The position numbers and the translations under genes are program-made. Of a stretch of DNA of 64,000 nucleotides, positions 47,110 through 57,288 are shown one piece after another. This stretch comes from Clostridia bacterium (lineage in GTDB: Bacteria > Bacillota > Clostridia > Oscillospirales > Acutalibacteraceae): assembly GCA_030527615.1 (NCBI GenBank), contig JAUNAM010000001.1:25244-89243 (forward strand), read 5' to 3'. The notes under the pieces are model-generated. The model searched no databases. It was not told where the DNA came from and saw nothing but the letters and a program-made list of their open reading frames with translations. Numbering within the stretch: the stretch's first letter is position 1; every line of letters starts with the position of its first letter.

Positions 47110-47139
47110 AAAATCCTCGATTTTCATCGAGGATTTTTT
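47109..47139. terminator. Bidirectional terminator between the SGNH hydrolase gene and the ABC exporter gene
   Basis: aaaatcctcga-ttttca-tcgaggatttt flanked by A and T runs. Confidence 0.85.
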
Positions 47140-47144
47140 GCTGT

Positions 47145-48962
47145 TTATGACTGTATTTCTTTAAAAGCGTAAAATTCGCCTTTTTTGGCTATTAACTCAT
47201 CATAGGTGCCTACTTCTACACATTTACCGTCCTTGATAACAGCGATTTTATCGGCGTTTTTAATGGTAGACAGGCGATGTGCCACAATAAATGTTGACCG
47301 TTCTCGGGTAAGATTGTCAATTGCGGCTTGAATTTCGCGCTCGGTAACGCTGTCAAGTGCGCTGGTTGCCTCGTCAAAAATTATAACCTGTGGGTTTCGT
47401 ATAATAGCACGTGCTATGGTAATGCGTTGCCTTTGTCCGCCCGAAAGTTTGGCGCCGTGTTCACCTACGCTGGTGTCAAGACCGTGTGGCAGATTTGCGA
47501 CCACATCATCAAGCTGTGCTGCGTGTACTGCCGCGGCGATTTGCTCGTCTGTGTAATCGGCACCGTATGTAATATTTTCACGAACAGAGCCGGAAAACAG
47601 TATGGCGTTTTGCGGCACTACCGAAATGTTTTTACGATAAGAGCGCAGGTCAAAATCCTTTATGTTCTTGCCGTCTACAAGAAGTTCACCGCTTTCGGCT
47701 AGGTTAAAGCCTACAACAAGATTTATGATTGTGCTTTTACCGCTACCTGATTCGCCGACAAGTGCCACCGTTTCGCCTTGGTTTACCGTAAGGTCAAGAC
47801 CGTTTAGCACGTGGGTTTCGCGGTCGTAGTTAAAGACGATGTTTTTAAATTCATATTTGCCGTGAAGAGCGGGCAGCTTTGGCTTGCCGTGATTTTTTTC
47901 AATATCGTATGCTGATAAAATTTCACCTATAGAGCGTATGGAATCGGTGCCGCGTGTGATAGAGGGCAGCAGATTGATGATACTCATAACATTCGCTGAA
48001 AGCGATGTAAAATAGGTTTGATAAAGTGCCACTTCACCAACGGTTATAATCTTTTTATACGCCATAATCGCCGTGACAATAAGACACACCACCTGAAAGA
48101 GCGTTACCATCGCCCAACAAATAGCACCAAAAAAGCTAAAGGTAGAGTCGGTTTTATAGCCGCTTTCGGCAATTTTTGTTATGTTGCCGGTCAGCTTTTT
48201 AACCTCGGCGTTTTCAAGTGAATGTGCACGTGTTACGGGGATAAGCTCCTCCATATCGTAAACGGCGGCAGAGGTGCTTTCAAGTTCGGTACGAAAGTTT
48301 TTAATCTCTGAACGCATTTTGTTTCTAAACGCTTTTTGCAAAATAACCGTTGCAGGAATGAGTGCTAAAAACATAAGAAAAACGATAAAATTGTTTGATA
48401 TTATGACCGCAAGTGTTATGCACATATTGAAAATGGTGCCAAGTATTGTTCGCATAATGTGTGACGCCAACTCGGTTATAACCTCAACATCACGCATAAC
48501 CTTTGACTGAATTTTACCCGATTGAGTATCCTTGTGAAAGCTGATGGAAAGCTGCTGTAGCTTTCGCACCATAGCACCCCTAAGACCCGCCTCTACATTT
48601 CGGTTTGCTTTTGACAATATCTTTACATACAGCGTGTGAAAGGGAATGTTAAGCATCAAAATAACAAAGGCTATAACGGCATCTATGCCCAAACGCCATA
48701 AAACATTGTCGGGCGGATTTGTGACAAGGTTTATAACATCGGCTGTAAGCAGCGGCAATATCCATGTAGGACAATCCTTGATTATATAAATAAAGGACCC
48801 TAAAAACAACCTAAAATAATGGCCTTTATAAAGCTTAAAAAGAAGCCTGAGTGCACGTATTTTATCAGGTTTTTCTGCCATATAGGCTTCAATAAAGCGG
48901 TCTTCGGCTTTTATTATTTCATCTTCAAAAAAGTGTTGCTTTTTATCGGAAGATTTAGACAT
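47145..48962 (-). CDS. ABC exporter, fused permease/ATPase (MsbA/MdlB-like)
   Basis: 605 aa, 6 TM helices, Walker A GESGSGKST, signature LSGGQRQR, Walker B IIFDEATSALD. Confidence 0.9.
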   Translation of the reverse strand: MSKSSDKKQHFFEDEIIKAEDRFIEAYMAEKPDKIRALRLLFKLYKGHYFRLFLGSFIYIIKDCPTWILPLLTADVINLVTNPPDNVLWRLGIDAVIAFVILMLNIPFHTLYVKILSKANRNVEAGLRGAMVRKLQQLSISFHKDTQSGKIQSKVMRDVEVITELASHIMRTILGTIFNMCITLAVIISNNFIVFLMFLALIPATVILQKAFRNKMRSEIKNFRTELESTSAAVYDMEELIPVTRAHSLENAEVKKLTGNITKIAESGYKTDSTFSFFGAICWAMVTLFQVVCLIVTAIMAYKKIITVGEVALYQTYFTSLSANVMSIINLLPSITRGTDSIRSIGEILSAYDIEKNHGKPKLPALHGKYEFKNIVFNYDRETHVLNGLDLTVNQGETVALVGESGSGKSTIINLVVGFNLAESGELLVDGKNIKDFDLRSYRKNISVVPQNAILFSGSVRENITYGADYTDEQIAAAVHAAQLDDVVANLPHGLDTSVGEHGAKLSGGQRQRITIARAIIRNPQVIIFDEATSALDSVTEREIQAAIDNLTRERSTFIVAHRLSTIKNADKIAVIKDGKCVEVGTYDELIAKKGEFYAFKEIQS

Positions 48963-48963
48963 A

Positions 48964-49023
48964 AAAACACCTCAAATCTGTGGAATTTATATGTTAATAA
49001 ATTACCACAGCAAGAGGTGTTTT
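48964..49023 (-). terminator. spoIIE terminator hairpin whose 3' arm contains the ABC exporter Shine-Dalgarno sequence
   Basis: On the minus strand: aaaacacctc..ctgtgg, loop, ccacag..gaggtgttttt, then ATG. The GAGGTG lies 5 nt before the ABC ATG. Confidence 0.5.
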
Positions 49024-49052
49024 GTCAACAAAATAATAGCAAATATTAACTG

Positions 49053-51362
49053 TTAGGCGGATTTTTCTATTATTGCTGCCATAACGGTTATATCATCGGG
49101 TCTGCCTATAATACATCGTCTGCGTGCACACCCGCATATATGCTCGGCAAGGTCTTGGGCACTGCCGTCTCGCCATTGCTCTAATTCATTACGTATCCAT
49201 TCGGTGCCGTCAAAGGTTACTCCGTCTGATATAAGCAAAAGTATATCACCCTGTCGCAGTTTAATACCGGCGCGGTCAAACGACACATCATTTAAGATAC
49301 CGATGGGCAGACTGTGACTTTCGGCTCGACCCGAACGACCGCTTCGGCGAACAAGGGTTGGTGCAGCACCTGCCTTGTAAAGCTCGGTGTTGCCTGTAAA
49401 AAGGTCAATGCTTGCAATATCCATAGTGGCAAGTGATTCGTCGCTTGATTTAAAAAGCATAGATGAATTAAGAATTTTAAGTGAGCAATTGTAGCCAAAT
49501 CCGGCTTTTATCAGTCGCGACATAAGCCCCGATGCCATGGCTCCGTCAACGGCGGCACGACCTCCCGTACCCATACCGTCACTCAACACCATAACAAAAT
49601 GACCCTTGCCGTCGTTAAAAAATTTATATGAATCGCCGCAAATGCTACCCGCTACGGCACAGCTTTGTTCTATACCCATATCTACCCTAAGCTTGGCGTG
49701 TTCGTTTACGGTAATTATGGCGGTATCGCCCGTTTTTGAAATGTTGGGCACATCAAAATCGCGTTCACAAGCAAGAGATAGCATTTTCATAATTTGCAAA
49801 CGGTTTAAAATCAAATCATCATTAAGTTTAATTTTGCTTTCTATAGACATACGACCAAATTTATCGATTTTGGCAGTAGCCTCTAAAGTGTGAATGCCAA
49901 GGTCATTTAATGCTTGCGTCACAGCCTCGGCGGCGTGCAAATCAAACTGTTCTTCGTTATAAAAATCCATCGCCAGCTCGCTTAACATATTTGATATGCC
50001 TTCAAATTGCTCACTTACTACCTGACGCACCTCTTCTATGCGGTTTTCGGCGGCAATAAGCGATGCATACTGCGAATATCGGTTTTTTACCGTGTCCTCC
50101 ATCTTTTTGACCCGTAAACACATACCGCGAAACTCGGACAGTGCTTGCTCATTTTGTGATGTGTCGGCACCCTTGATGATATTTATCATACACATAATTG
50201 ACTCTATTGTGGAAGCGTTTTTGGATTCCCAACAATGCATACGTAGCTTGCACCCCGCACAGGCGTCCTGTTCGATATGAGAAATAACATTTTTAAAATC
50301 AGGAGCATTAATTTTGCCAAGCTCTTCTGATACCTGTGCTACAGTGCTTGAAACATCCAGCAGAGCATTAGAGGCAAGATTTAATCTCATATTAAGCGCA
50401 CGCCCCAAGGCGCTGTCGCGTCTAAGCAGAGGTTGACGGTAAAAAATTTTGCTGACACCAATGCCAAACGATCTGGGAATCAGAATAAAAAACAAGGCAG
50501 CTATAAAAATTTCGGTTAAAAAAACGCCGGAACCAACCTTAAATTCCATAAAAGCAAGTCCGATTATACCCGAAGCTATGGCAGAGAGAGCCTGTGCATA
50601 TTTGCTAAGACTGCCAAAAACTCCCGCCGCGAGACCTAAAACGGCATATATACCAAAACCGCCTTCAAAAGAACGGGTAACAGCCGAAGCAAAGGTCATT
50701 GCTATACCGCATATACTGCCGACGCTGGTGCCTCCGTACTTTGTTGCAATAAGTATTAAAAACACGGCAAATGTGCGACCTACCGATATACCTAATATGT
50801 AAAATTTTGATATTCCGATTATTATAATTGTGGCACTGCCCAACATACAGGCAAGCTCCTCTACCGAAAAACCGGCTTTTTTATGCAAAACGGCAGTAAA
50901 AGCACGTCTTACAACAAACACACCGCCTAAAATAATAATGCTTTCTGAGGAAAGCTTTAGCAGGTCAAGTGTGATGCCGCTATAGCTTATAATTCCGGTT
51001 GATAGATTTGCGATTAGGGTTATGACACTTAAAAAAATAGGGTTTTCAGATAATTTTTTATAGTTTGAAAGCAATAATCGCAAAGCAATTATTGCAAGCA
51101 ATGCCGACATATATCTAAACCCGCCGCTGCCGGTTGCAGGAATGAAATAACCGATAAATGCTCCTACAGCAACGCCCGGCAAAAAAACTGTATTACAGCC
51201 GCCGACAAATACTAAACCAAACGGCATAAGGGTTTCAAATATTACAGCTCTTGCCGAAATAAATCCCAAAACAGCCGTTAATATATGTAATCCCAACGCC
51301 GACACAAATCCACCATTGCTTGAAATTTCCCTGTCTTGTGTTGTTTTAACCAAATCCCTCAT
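49053..51362 (-). CDS. spoIIE: Stage II sporulation protein E (PP2C phosphatase)
   Basis: 769 aa. About 10 N-terminal TM helices, a central domain, and a C-terminal PP2C domain with VLSDGMGTGGRAA and LLISDGV. Confidence 0.9.
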   Translation of the reverse strand: MRDLVKTTQDREISSNGGFVSALGLHILTAVLGFISARAVIFETLMPFGLVFVGGCNTVFLPGVAVGAFIGYFIPATGSGGFRYMSALLAIIALRLLLSNYKKLSENPIFLSVITLIANLSTGIISYSGITLDLLKLSSESIIILGGVFVVRRAFTAVLHKKAGFSVEELACMLGSATIIIIGISKFYILGISVGRTFAVFLILIATKYGGTSVGSICGIAMTFASAVTRSFEGGFGIYAVLGLAAGVFGSLSKYAQALSAIASGIIGLAFMEFKVGSGVFLTEIFIAALFFILIPRSFGIGVSKIFYRQPLLRRDSALGRALNMRLNLASNALLDVSSTVAQVSEELGKINAPDFKNVISHIEQDACAGCKLRMHCWESKNASTIESIMCMINIIKGADTSQNEQALSEFRGMCLRVKKMEDTVKNRYSQYASLIAAENRIEEVRQVVSEQFEGISNMLSELAMDFYNEEQFDLHAAEAVTQALNDLGIHTLEATAKIDKFGRMSIESKIKLNDDLILNRLQIMKMLSLACERDFDVPNISKTGDTAIITVNEHAKLRVDMGIEQSCAVAGSICGDSYKFFNDGKGHFVMVLSDGMGTGGRAAVDGAMASGLMSRLIKAGFGYNCSLKILNSSMLFKSSDESLATMDIASIDLFTGNTELYKAGAAPTLVRRSGRSGRAESHSLPIGILNDVSFDRAGIKLRQGDILLLISDGVTFDGTEWIRNELEQWRDGSAQDLAEHICGCARRRCIIGRPDDITVMAAIIEKSA

Positions 51363-51537
51363 TTTTTAACATCGCTCCTTACATAATAAATATGGGGACA
51401 AACTCTCAAATTTATTATATAGACAAAGATGCAAACATTTTGTCAAAGACGGGGCGAATAAAAAATCTTTTTTTGTCACGAATAATAAAAAACATATTTT
51501 GATAAAATTTGGAAACACTGTTTTTGGGAGGGATTTT

Positions 51538-52179
51538 ATGCAAAATAAGCCTTTAAAAGTTTTTATAATAGCTTTTTTGATTTTTTGTATGCTTTGTATA
51601 ACGGCGGGTGCTTTATCAAAAATGGGGTCTACCGGCAAAGAGGTTAGTGATATTCAATCGGTGCTTAAAGAGTGGGGATATTATAGCGGCAGTGTTGACG
51701 GTATATACGGTACAGCGACCAAGAATGCGGTTATAGCTTTTCAAAAAAAGAACGGTCTTGCGGCAGACGGTATAGTGGGTAAAAAAACGTTAGAGGCTAT
51801 GGGGCTTGGCGGCTCACAGTCATTTGTATCTGCCGACTATGAGCTGCTTGCACGTATAATATCCGCCGAAGCACGAGGTGAGAGCTACTTAGGTCAGGTG
51901 GCAGTGGGGGCAGTAGTGCTAAACCGCGTAGAGCACCCGTCTTTTCCCGATACGGTGTCGGGCGTGGTGTATCAAAACGGGGCGTTTTCTTGCCTTTATG
52001 ACGGACAGTTTTATGAAAAAATTGCCGACAGCGCATATCGCGCAGCACGCGATGCACTAAACGGCATTGACCCGTCAGGCGGCGCAATCTATTATTATAA
52101 TCCGAAAAAAGCCACCAGCAAGTGGATATTTTCACGACCGGTAATTACAACCATAGGCGAACATGTATTTTGCAATTAA
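51538..52179 (+). CDS. sleB: SleB-like spore cortex-lytic / cell-wall hydrolase (PG_binding_1 plus Hydrolase_2)
   Basis: Signal peptide, GSTGKEVSDIQSVLKEWGYY...DGIYG...AVIAFQ, then LLARIISAEARGE...VLNRV. RBS gggaggg at 51526-51532. Confidence 0.8.
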   Translation: MQNKPLKVFIIAFLIFCMLCITAGALSKMGSTGKEVSDIQSVLKEWGYYSGSVDGIYGTATKNAVIAFQKKNGLAADGIVGKKTLEAMGLGGSQSFVSADYELLARIISAEARGESYLGQVAVGAVVLNRVEHPSFPDTVSGVVYQNGAFSCLYDGQFYEKIADSAYRAARDALNGIDPSGGAIYYYNPKKATSKWIFSRPVITTIGEHVFCN

Positions 52180-52215
52180 AAATCTCTGCATTAAATTTAA
52201 ATGCAGAGATTTTTA
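52179..52215. terminator. Bidirectional terminator between sleB-like and galT
   Basis: aaaatctctgcat, a 9-nt loop, then atgcagagatttt. Confidence 0.85.
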
Positions 52216-52236
52216 GTGAAATATCGCCCTATGGCT

Positions 52237-53733
52237 TTACACTTCGTTTACATAATTTATAAACTTCATAAATGCGGCTTGACCTTGGCTATCACGTTTA
52301 TAGACGCCGGCGTCTTCAAGCACGTGACCAAATACTATGGCAATTTCGTCTTTTAGTATTTTGTCAATATTGCCTTCATTTATGTCGTCATATTTTGCCT
52401 TAATTTCATCAGCCCAATCGGCATGCTTTTCAATGCTTTCAATAGCACGAATATCGCTGCCTTCAAGCATAGCCTTTGATAGTGTTGCCATTTCGTCTTT
52501 AAGACGGGCAGGCAGCACGGCAAGACCCATAACCTCGATAAGACCGATGTTTTCTTTCTTTATATGGTGCCACTGTGCGTGGGGGTGATAAACACCCAAA
52601 GGATGCTCTTCGGTGGTGATATTGTTGCGAAGCACCAAATCCATTTCATACTTACCGTCACGCATACGTGCAATGGGTGTTGCGGCGTTGTGTGGCTCAC
52701 CGTCGGTTTCGGCAAATATAAATACGCTTTCATCGGTGTAGCCCTGCCATGCGGTAAAGATTTTATCGGCACAGTCAATAACACGCTCGGCGCTGTCGGC
52801 ACTAAGACGGATAACCGACATTGGCCATTTTACAAGACCTGCTTTAACATCCTCAAAGCCTTTAAACACTATATCTTTTTCAATAGGTGCCTTTTCCATA
52901 GCAAAGGTGTAACGACCGCCTTGAAAATGGTCGTGGCTTAAAATTGAACCGCCAACTATGGGTAAACCTGCATTAGAGCCGATAAAATAATGCGGGAACA
53001 TCTTTACAAAATCAAACAATTTAGTAAATGCTTTGCGATTAACAAGCATAGGTGTGTGATTGCCGTTAAGCAGTATACAATGCTCATTATAATAAACATA
53101 GGGTGAATACTGCATAAACCAATCTTCGTCGGTAAGACGTACGGGGATAAGACGGTGGTTTTGCCTTGCGGGGAAATTAAGTCTGCCGGCATAACCCTCG
53201 CACTCTTTGCAAAGCAGGCATTTCGGATAACCCGATTGCGGTGCGTTTTTGGCTGCCATAATTTCTTTAAGGCTTTTTTCCGGTTTGGAAAGGTTTATTG
53301 TAATGTCAAGGTCGCCGTATTCAGTAGGTGATACCCATTTTACATCCTTGGCGATACGGTAGGTGCGGATATAGTCGCTATCTCTTGACAGATTGTGATA
53401 GTAGTCGGTAGCGGTCTCGGGTGATACTTTATAAAGTTCAAAAAACCTTGCTTCAACCTCAGAAGGCCGTGGCATCATAAGCCCCATAAGCTTGGTGTCA
53501 AAAAGGTCACGCTCGGTAATATTGTCTTCAATAATGCCTTTTTGCACGGCATAATCAAGGATAGCAGACAGCGTGGACTCTAAATCAACATTTGCATAAG
53601 CTTCTTCACAGTCAAACTCGTCAAGACCCAAAGCGGATATTAAAGCGTTGGTGATATATAATTCATCACGCTTGGTAAAAAGGTTGCGCTCAAGTCCGTA
53701 ACAAATAAGTTTTTTAATTTCGGATTGTATCAT
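52237..53733 (-). CDS. galT: Galactose-1-phosphate uridylyltransferase, family 2
   Basis: 498 aa, the Gram-positive GalT length. Conserved CLLC...EGYAG and SILSHDHFQGG motifs. Confidence 0.85.
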   Translation of the reverse strand: MIQSEIKKLICYGLERNLFTKRDELYITNALISALGLDEFDCEEAYANVDLESTLSAILDYAVQKGIIEDNITERDLFDTKLMGLMMPRPSEVEARFFELYKVSPETATDYYHNLSRDSDYIRTYRIAKDVKWVSPTEYGDLDITINLSKPEKSLKEIMAAKNAPQSGYPKCLLCKECEGYAGRLNFPARQNHRLIPVRLTDEDWFMQYSPYVYYNEHCILLNGNHTPMLVNRKAFTKLFDFVKMFPHYFIGSNAGLPIVGGSILSHDHFQGGRYTFAMEKAPIEKDIVFKGFEDVKAGLVKWPMSVIRLSADSAERVIDCADKIFTAWQGYTDESVFIFAETDGEPHNAATPIARMRDGKYEMDLVLRNNITTEEHPLGVYHPHAQWHHIKKENIGLIEVMGLAVLPARLKDEMATLSKAMLEGSDIRAIESIEKHADWADEIKAKYDDINEGNIDKILKDEIAIVFGHVLEDAGVYKRDSQGQAAFMKFINYVNEV

Positions 53734-53745
53734 AAAAGTTATCCT

Positions 53746-54774
53746 TTATTGAAATGTGGTGTTGCTGGTCGCACTGTTAGGAATACATACCCAAGAATTG
53801 CCTGCACTTATTTGAAGCTCGGCACCGTTTGTGTCGGTAAATTTGATAGGAGCGTTAGCGCCGCCCTTAGACCATTTGATAGCCTTTGCGGTACCGTTTG
53901 TAAAATAGAAACCATCACCGCCTGAAAGCTCAACCTTGCGGTGTTTGCCGTCGGGATAATTTGTTATAGAGGTCATAAGAACAAATACGTTTTTAACGGT
54001 AGTTGTTTCTTGTGTGTAGTAGTCGGTAAGCTGATTGCCGTCAGAAAGACGGGTATAAAGACCGGTTGTAGCATCGTATGTAAAGTTGGTGTCTTTTTGC
54101 GGAAAATCAACATTTATGGTTGTTGCGGCACCGCCGTCAAGTGTTACGGGGTCGGTGCTGAAGCTTGCCCAAGGAGTGGGATTGGTATTGTTTACATCAA
54201 ATGTAGCGCTGATATTTTCCCATAAATCGCCGGCAACAGCATAAAGAGTGTGTTCGCTTGGCAGTCCGTTTGCAATTCTTTGAGCACCCTTTGATTTGGT
54301 ATCAATGCTTAGGTGATTAATGTCCTTAAGATGTGGTGCGCAATAGGTTGGGTCTTGACCGCAATGAATATAAATTGCATTGTGACCAAGTGCTAAATCA
54401 ACATAAGGATAACGGGCTGAACGCACGGTGCCGATTTTATCAAGACCGGTAATATCTTGGTAAACTGCCATAAGACGGGTGATGCCGCCCTCAACCTCGG
54501 TTTCGTATATTATGTCAGCCTTTGAAAGACCGGTTTGTACCTTTTGTGCAACGCCGACATTGTTTACCATAATGGCAACGGGACGACGGTTGGCAACCGA
54601 TGCATCAGAAAGGTCTGCTACACCGGTAAGCGGATTAACAGCCAATACAGGTGCATCTGCTATTGATACATCGCTTTCATAATCAGAAAGGTCATCGTAC
54701 ACGGTGGTGTTTTGGCAGCCTGCTGCAAATATTAAGCACAGGCAAAAAAGTAGTGATAAAATTCTTTTAAACAT
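53746..54774 (-). CDS. DUF3048 (YerB-like) lipoprotein
   Basis: MFKRILSLLFCLCLIFAAGC lipobox. RPVAIMVNN, GITRLMAVY and RSARPY motifs. RBS ggggga. Confidence 0.75.
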   Translation of the reverse strand: MFKRILSLLFCLCLIFAAGCQNTTVYDDLSDYESDVSIADAPVLAVNPLTGVADLSDASVANRRPVAIMVNNVGVAQKVQTGLSKADIIYETEVEGGITRLMAVYQDITGLDKIGTVRSARYPYVDLALGHNAIYIHCGQDPTYCAPHLKDINHLSIDTKSKGAQRIANGLPSEHTLYAVAGDLWENISATFDVNNTNPTPWASFSTDPVTLDGGAATTINVDFPQKDTNFTYDATTGLYTRLSDGNQLTDYYTQETTTVKNVFVLMTSITNYPDGKHRKVELSGGDGFYFTNGTAKAIKWSKGGANAPIKFTDTNGAELQISAGNSWVCIPNSATSNTTFQ

Positions 54775-54879
54775 AAAAAAATCCCCCAAATAAATTCTTA
54801 TAAAACATTATAATATTTTGCGGCAGCTATTGCAAGGGTTTACATAAAAATTTTTTATAAAAAATTCGCACATTTAGTA

Positions 54880-54908
54880 TTGTTAATTTCGTCAATATAC
54901 TGTATAAT
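54880..54908 (+). promoter_or_regulatory. Putative sigma-A promoter of nifZ-thiI
   Basis: TTGTTA at 54880-54885, a 17-nt spacer, then TATAAT at 54903-54908. Confidence 0.45.
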
Positions 54909-54955
54909 GATATAGAATATATAATATGCATAATAAATTTGGGGCGAAAGTTTGC

Positions 54956-56095
54956 TTGAAAAAATTGATTTATTTAGACAATAGTGCAACAACAAAACCT
55001 TGTGAAAAAGCAATAAAAAATATCAATCTTGCGTTAAATGACAGTTGGGCTAATCCGTCAAGTCTTTACGATTTGGGGTTTCATGCGCAAATGCTTGTAG
55101 ACGATACAAGAAAAGCCGTGGCAAATGTGCTTCGTTGCCGTGAGGATGAAATTTATTTTACATCGGGCGGTACCGAAAGCAACAATACCGCAATTTTAGG
55201 TGCAGTATATGCACGAAAAAAGCGCGGCAACCGAATTGTTACCACGGCTATAGAGCACCCCTCGGTTTTAGAGACGGTAAGACGGCTTGAAAATGAAGGA
55301 TTTGAGGTTGTATATCTTAAACCGCAAGCCGACGGCTGTGTTAGTGAATCCGATATAAAATCGGCAATAAACCAAAAGACAATACTTGTAAGCATTATGC
55401 TTGTAAATAACGAAACGGGCGCAATTCAACCCGTAAAGGCGGCAAGTGAGGCTATAAAGTCTGCCGGTGCACCGGCGCTGCTTCATTGTGACGGCGTTCA
55501 AGCATTTGGTAAGATGCCGATAAATTTAAGTGCGCTTGGTGTTGATTTGTTTTCTTTAAGCGCTCATAAAATACACGGGCCAAAAGGTGTGGGTGCGCTT
55601 TATATAAAAAAAGGTGTCACCGTAAAGTCTTTGCTTACCGGCGGCGGTCAAGAAAAAAATCTGCGTTCGGGTACCGAGTCGGTACCGCTTATATACGGTT
55701 TAAAGGGCGCAGTTGACAGTATAGGTAATATAAATAAAAATCTTGAAGAACAAAATCTGCTTTGGGATTATGCAAAAAACAGCTTGCTTGATACAGGTCT
55801 TGTAAAAATTAATTCACCCCAAACTGCTCTGCCTTATATACTTAACATTTCGGTAGAGGGTTATCGTTCTGAAACAATGCTTCATTTTCTTGAAGCACAG
55901 GGTGTTTATGTGTCAAGCGGCAGTGCCTGTGCTAAAGGCGAGGGCAGTTATGTGCTGCGGGAAATGGGCTATTCGCAAAAGGCGGTAGACAGCGCTTTGC
56001 GTATAAGCTTTTCGCGCTTTAACACAAAAGACGACATTGATGCATTAAAGGGTGCGATATGTTCGGCAACACAAAAATTAAGAAGGGCAAATTAA
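54956..56095 (+). CDS. nifZ: Cysteine desulfurase (NifS/NifZ-type, ThiI partner)
   Basis: (M)KKLIYLDNSATTKP, SAHKIHGPKG (PLP Lys) and SSGSAC (catalytic Cys). I preferred TTG 54956 because the predicted promoter leaves ATG 54926 nearly leaderless. The start is uncertain. Confidence 0.85.
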   Translation: MKKLIYLDNSATTKPCEKAIKNINLALNDSWANPSSLYDLGFHAQMLVDDTRKAVANVLRCREDEIYFTSGGTESNNTAILGAVYARKKRGNRIVTTAIEHPSVLETVRRLENEGFEVVYLKPQADGCVSESDIKSAINQKTILVSIMLVNNETGAIQPVKAASEAIKSAGAPALLHCDGVQAFGKMPINLSALGVDLFSLSAHKIHGPKGVGALYIKKGVTVKSLLTGGGQEKNLRSGTESVPLIYGLKGAVDSIGNINKNLEEQNLLWDYAKNSLLDTGLVKINSPQTALPYILNISVEGYRSETMLHFLEAQGVYVSSGSACAKGEGSYVLREMGYSQKAVDSALRISFSRFNTKDDIDALKGAICSATQKLRRAN

Positions 56096-57270
56096 TGAAA
56101 GAAATTATACTTATAAAAGACGGCGAGCTATCGCTAAAAGGGCTTAACCGTCGCAGCTTTGAGGATAAAATGGTGGCGACAATTCGCCGTCGTCTGAAAA
56201 GTCTTGGCAAGCTTACGGTTGAGCGTGCACAGTCTACCATATATATAATACCCCGTGAGGACGAATTTGATTTTGACGAGGCACTTGACCGTATGGGCCG
56301 TATATTTGGCATAGCGGCATTTAGTCGTGCTTGCGTTTGTGAAAAAACGATAGAGGATATTTTAAGCAAAGCACCCGAATATTTAAGGGATACTATGTGC
56401 GGCATTAAAACCTTTAAGGTTGAAGCCAAGCGTGCAGATAAGGCATTTCCGCTAAAATCGCCCGAAATTTGCCGAGAGGTCGGTGCTGCGCTTCTTCGTG
56501 CATATCCGCATTTGCGTGTTGATGTTCACAATCCTGATGAGATAATCACTGTAGAGGTGCGTGACACGGCTGCATATATAAGGGCGGGTCAAATCAAGGG
56601 TGCGGGCGGTCTGCCGGTAGGCACCGCAGGTCGTGCACAGGTGTTAATTTCGGGTGGTATTGACAGCCCGGTTGCCGCATACACAATGGCAAAGCGCGGT
56701 CTTGTGCTTAATGCCATTCACTTTGCCTCACCCCCATATACAAGTATTCGTGCCGAGCAAAAGGTGCGCGACTTGCTTGGTAAGGTAGCCCGCTACAGCG
56801 GTGTTATAAAGCTGGCGGTAGTGCCCTTTACCGAAATCCAAGAGGAAATAGGCAAATGCTGTCCCGAAGATTTTTTCACCCTTATAATGCGACGTATGAT
56901 GATGCGCATAGCCTGTCGTGTTAGCGAAACCGACGGATGCGAAGCACTTATAACAGGTGAAAGCTTAGGTCAGGTTGCAAGTCAAACCTTGCCCGCAATC
57001 GCCTCTACCGACGAGGTGTGCGATATGCCGGTATTTCGCCCGCTAATAGGTATGGATAAGGAAGAAATAATAGCAATATCCAAAAAAATAGATGCTTTTG
57101 AAACCTCAATTTTGCCTTATGAGGATTGTTGTACGGTGTTTACACCAAAGCATCCGCATACAAAGCCTAAAAAAGGGCAGTGTGCCGAGGCTGAAAAAAA
57201 TCTTGATATTGAGCCGCTTATTGAGCGTGCTATAGCAGGTATTGAATATTCATATATTGAAGTAGAATAA
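56095..57270 (+). CDS. thiI: tRNA 4-thiouridine synthase ThiI (no rhodanese domain)
   Basis: MKEIILIKDGELSLKG, THUMP domain, and PP-loop SGGIDSPVA. The ATG overlaps the nifZ stop (TAATG). Confidence 0.92.
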   Translation: MKEIILIKDGELSLKGLNRRSFEDKMVATIRRRLKSLGKLTVERAQSTIYIIPREDEFDFDEALDRMGRIFGIAAFSRACVCEKTIEDILSKAPEYLRDTMCGIKTFKVEAKRADKAFPLKSPEICREVGAALLRAYPHLRVDVHNPDEIITVEVRDTAAYIRAGQIKGAGGLPVGTAGRAQVLISGGIDSPVAAYTMAKRGLVLNAIHFASPPYTSIRAEQKVRDLLGKVARYSGVIKLAVVPFTEIQEEIGKCCPEDFFTLIMRRMMMRIACRVSETDGCEALITGESLGQVASQTLPAIASTDEVCDMPVFRPLIGMDKEEIIAISKKIDAFETSILPYEDCCTVFTPKHPHTKPKKGQCAEAEKNLDIEPLIERAIAGIEYSYIEVE

Positions 57271-57288
57271 AATTAAAGCAGGATAAAT

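Noticed and set aside
51400-51480. Possible Spo0A boxes (tgtcaaaga, ttgtcacgaa) upstream of spoIIE
   Set aside because: They only partially match the TGTCGAA consensus, and AT-rich spacers produce such matches by chance. I kept them out of the feature list.
52237-53733. galT lacks adjacent galK/galE genes, so it might be misannotated or part of a novel pathway
   Set aside because: The length and motifs fit family-2 GalT well. Leloir genes are often dispersed in Clostridia, and nothing in the sequence suggests a different function.
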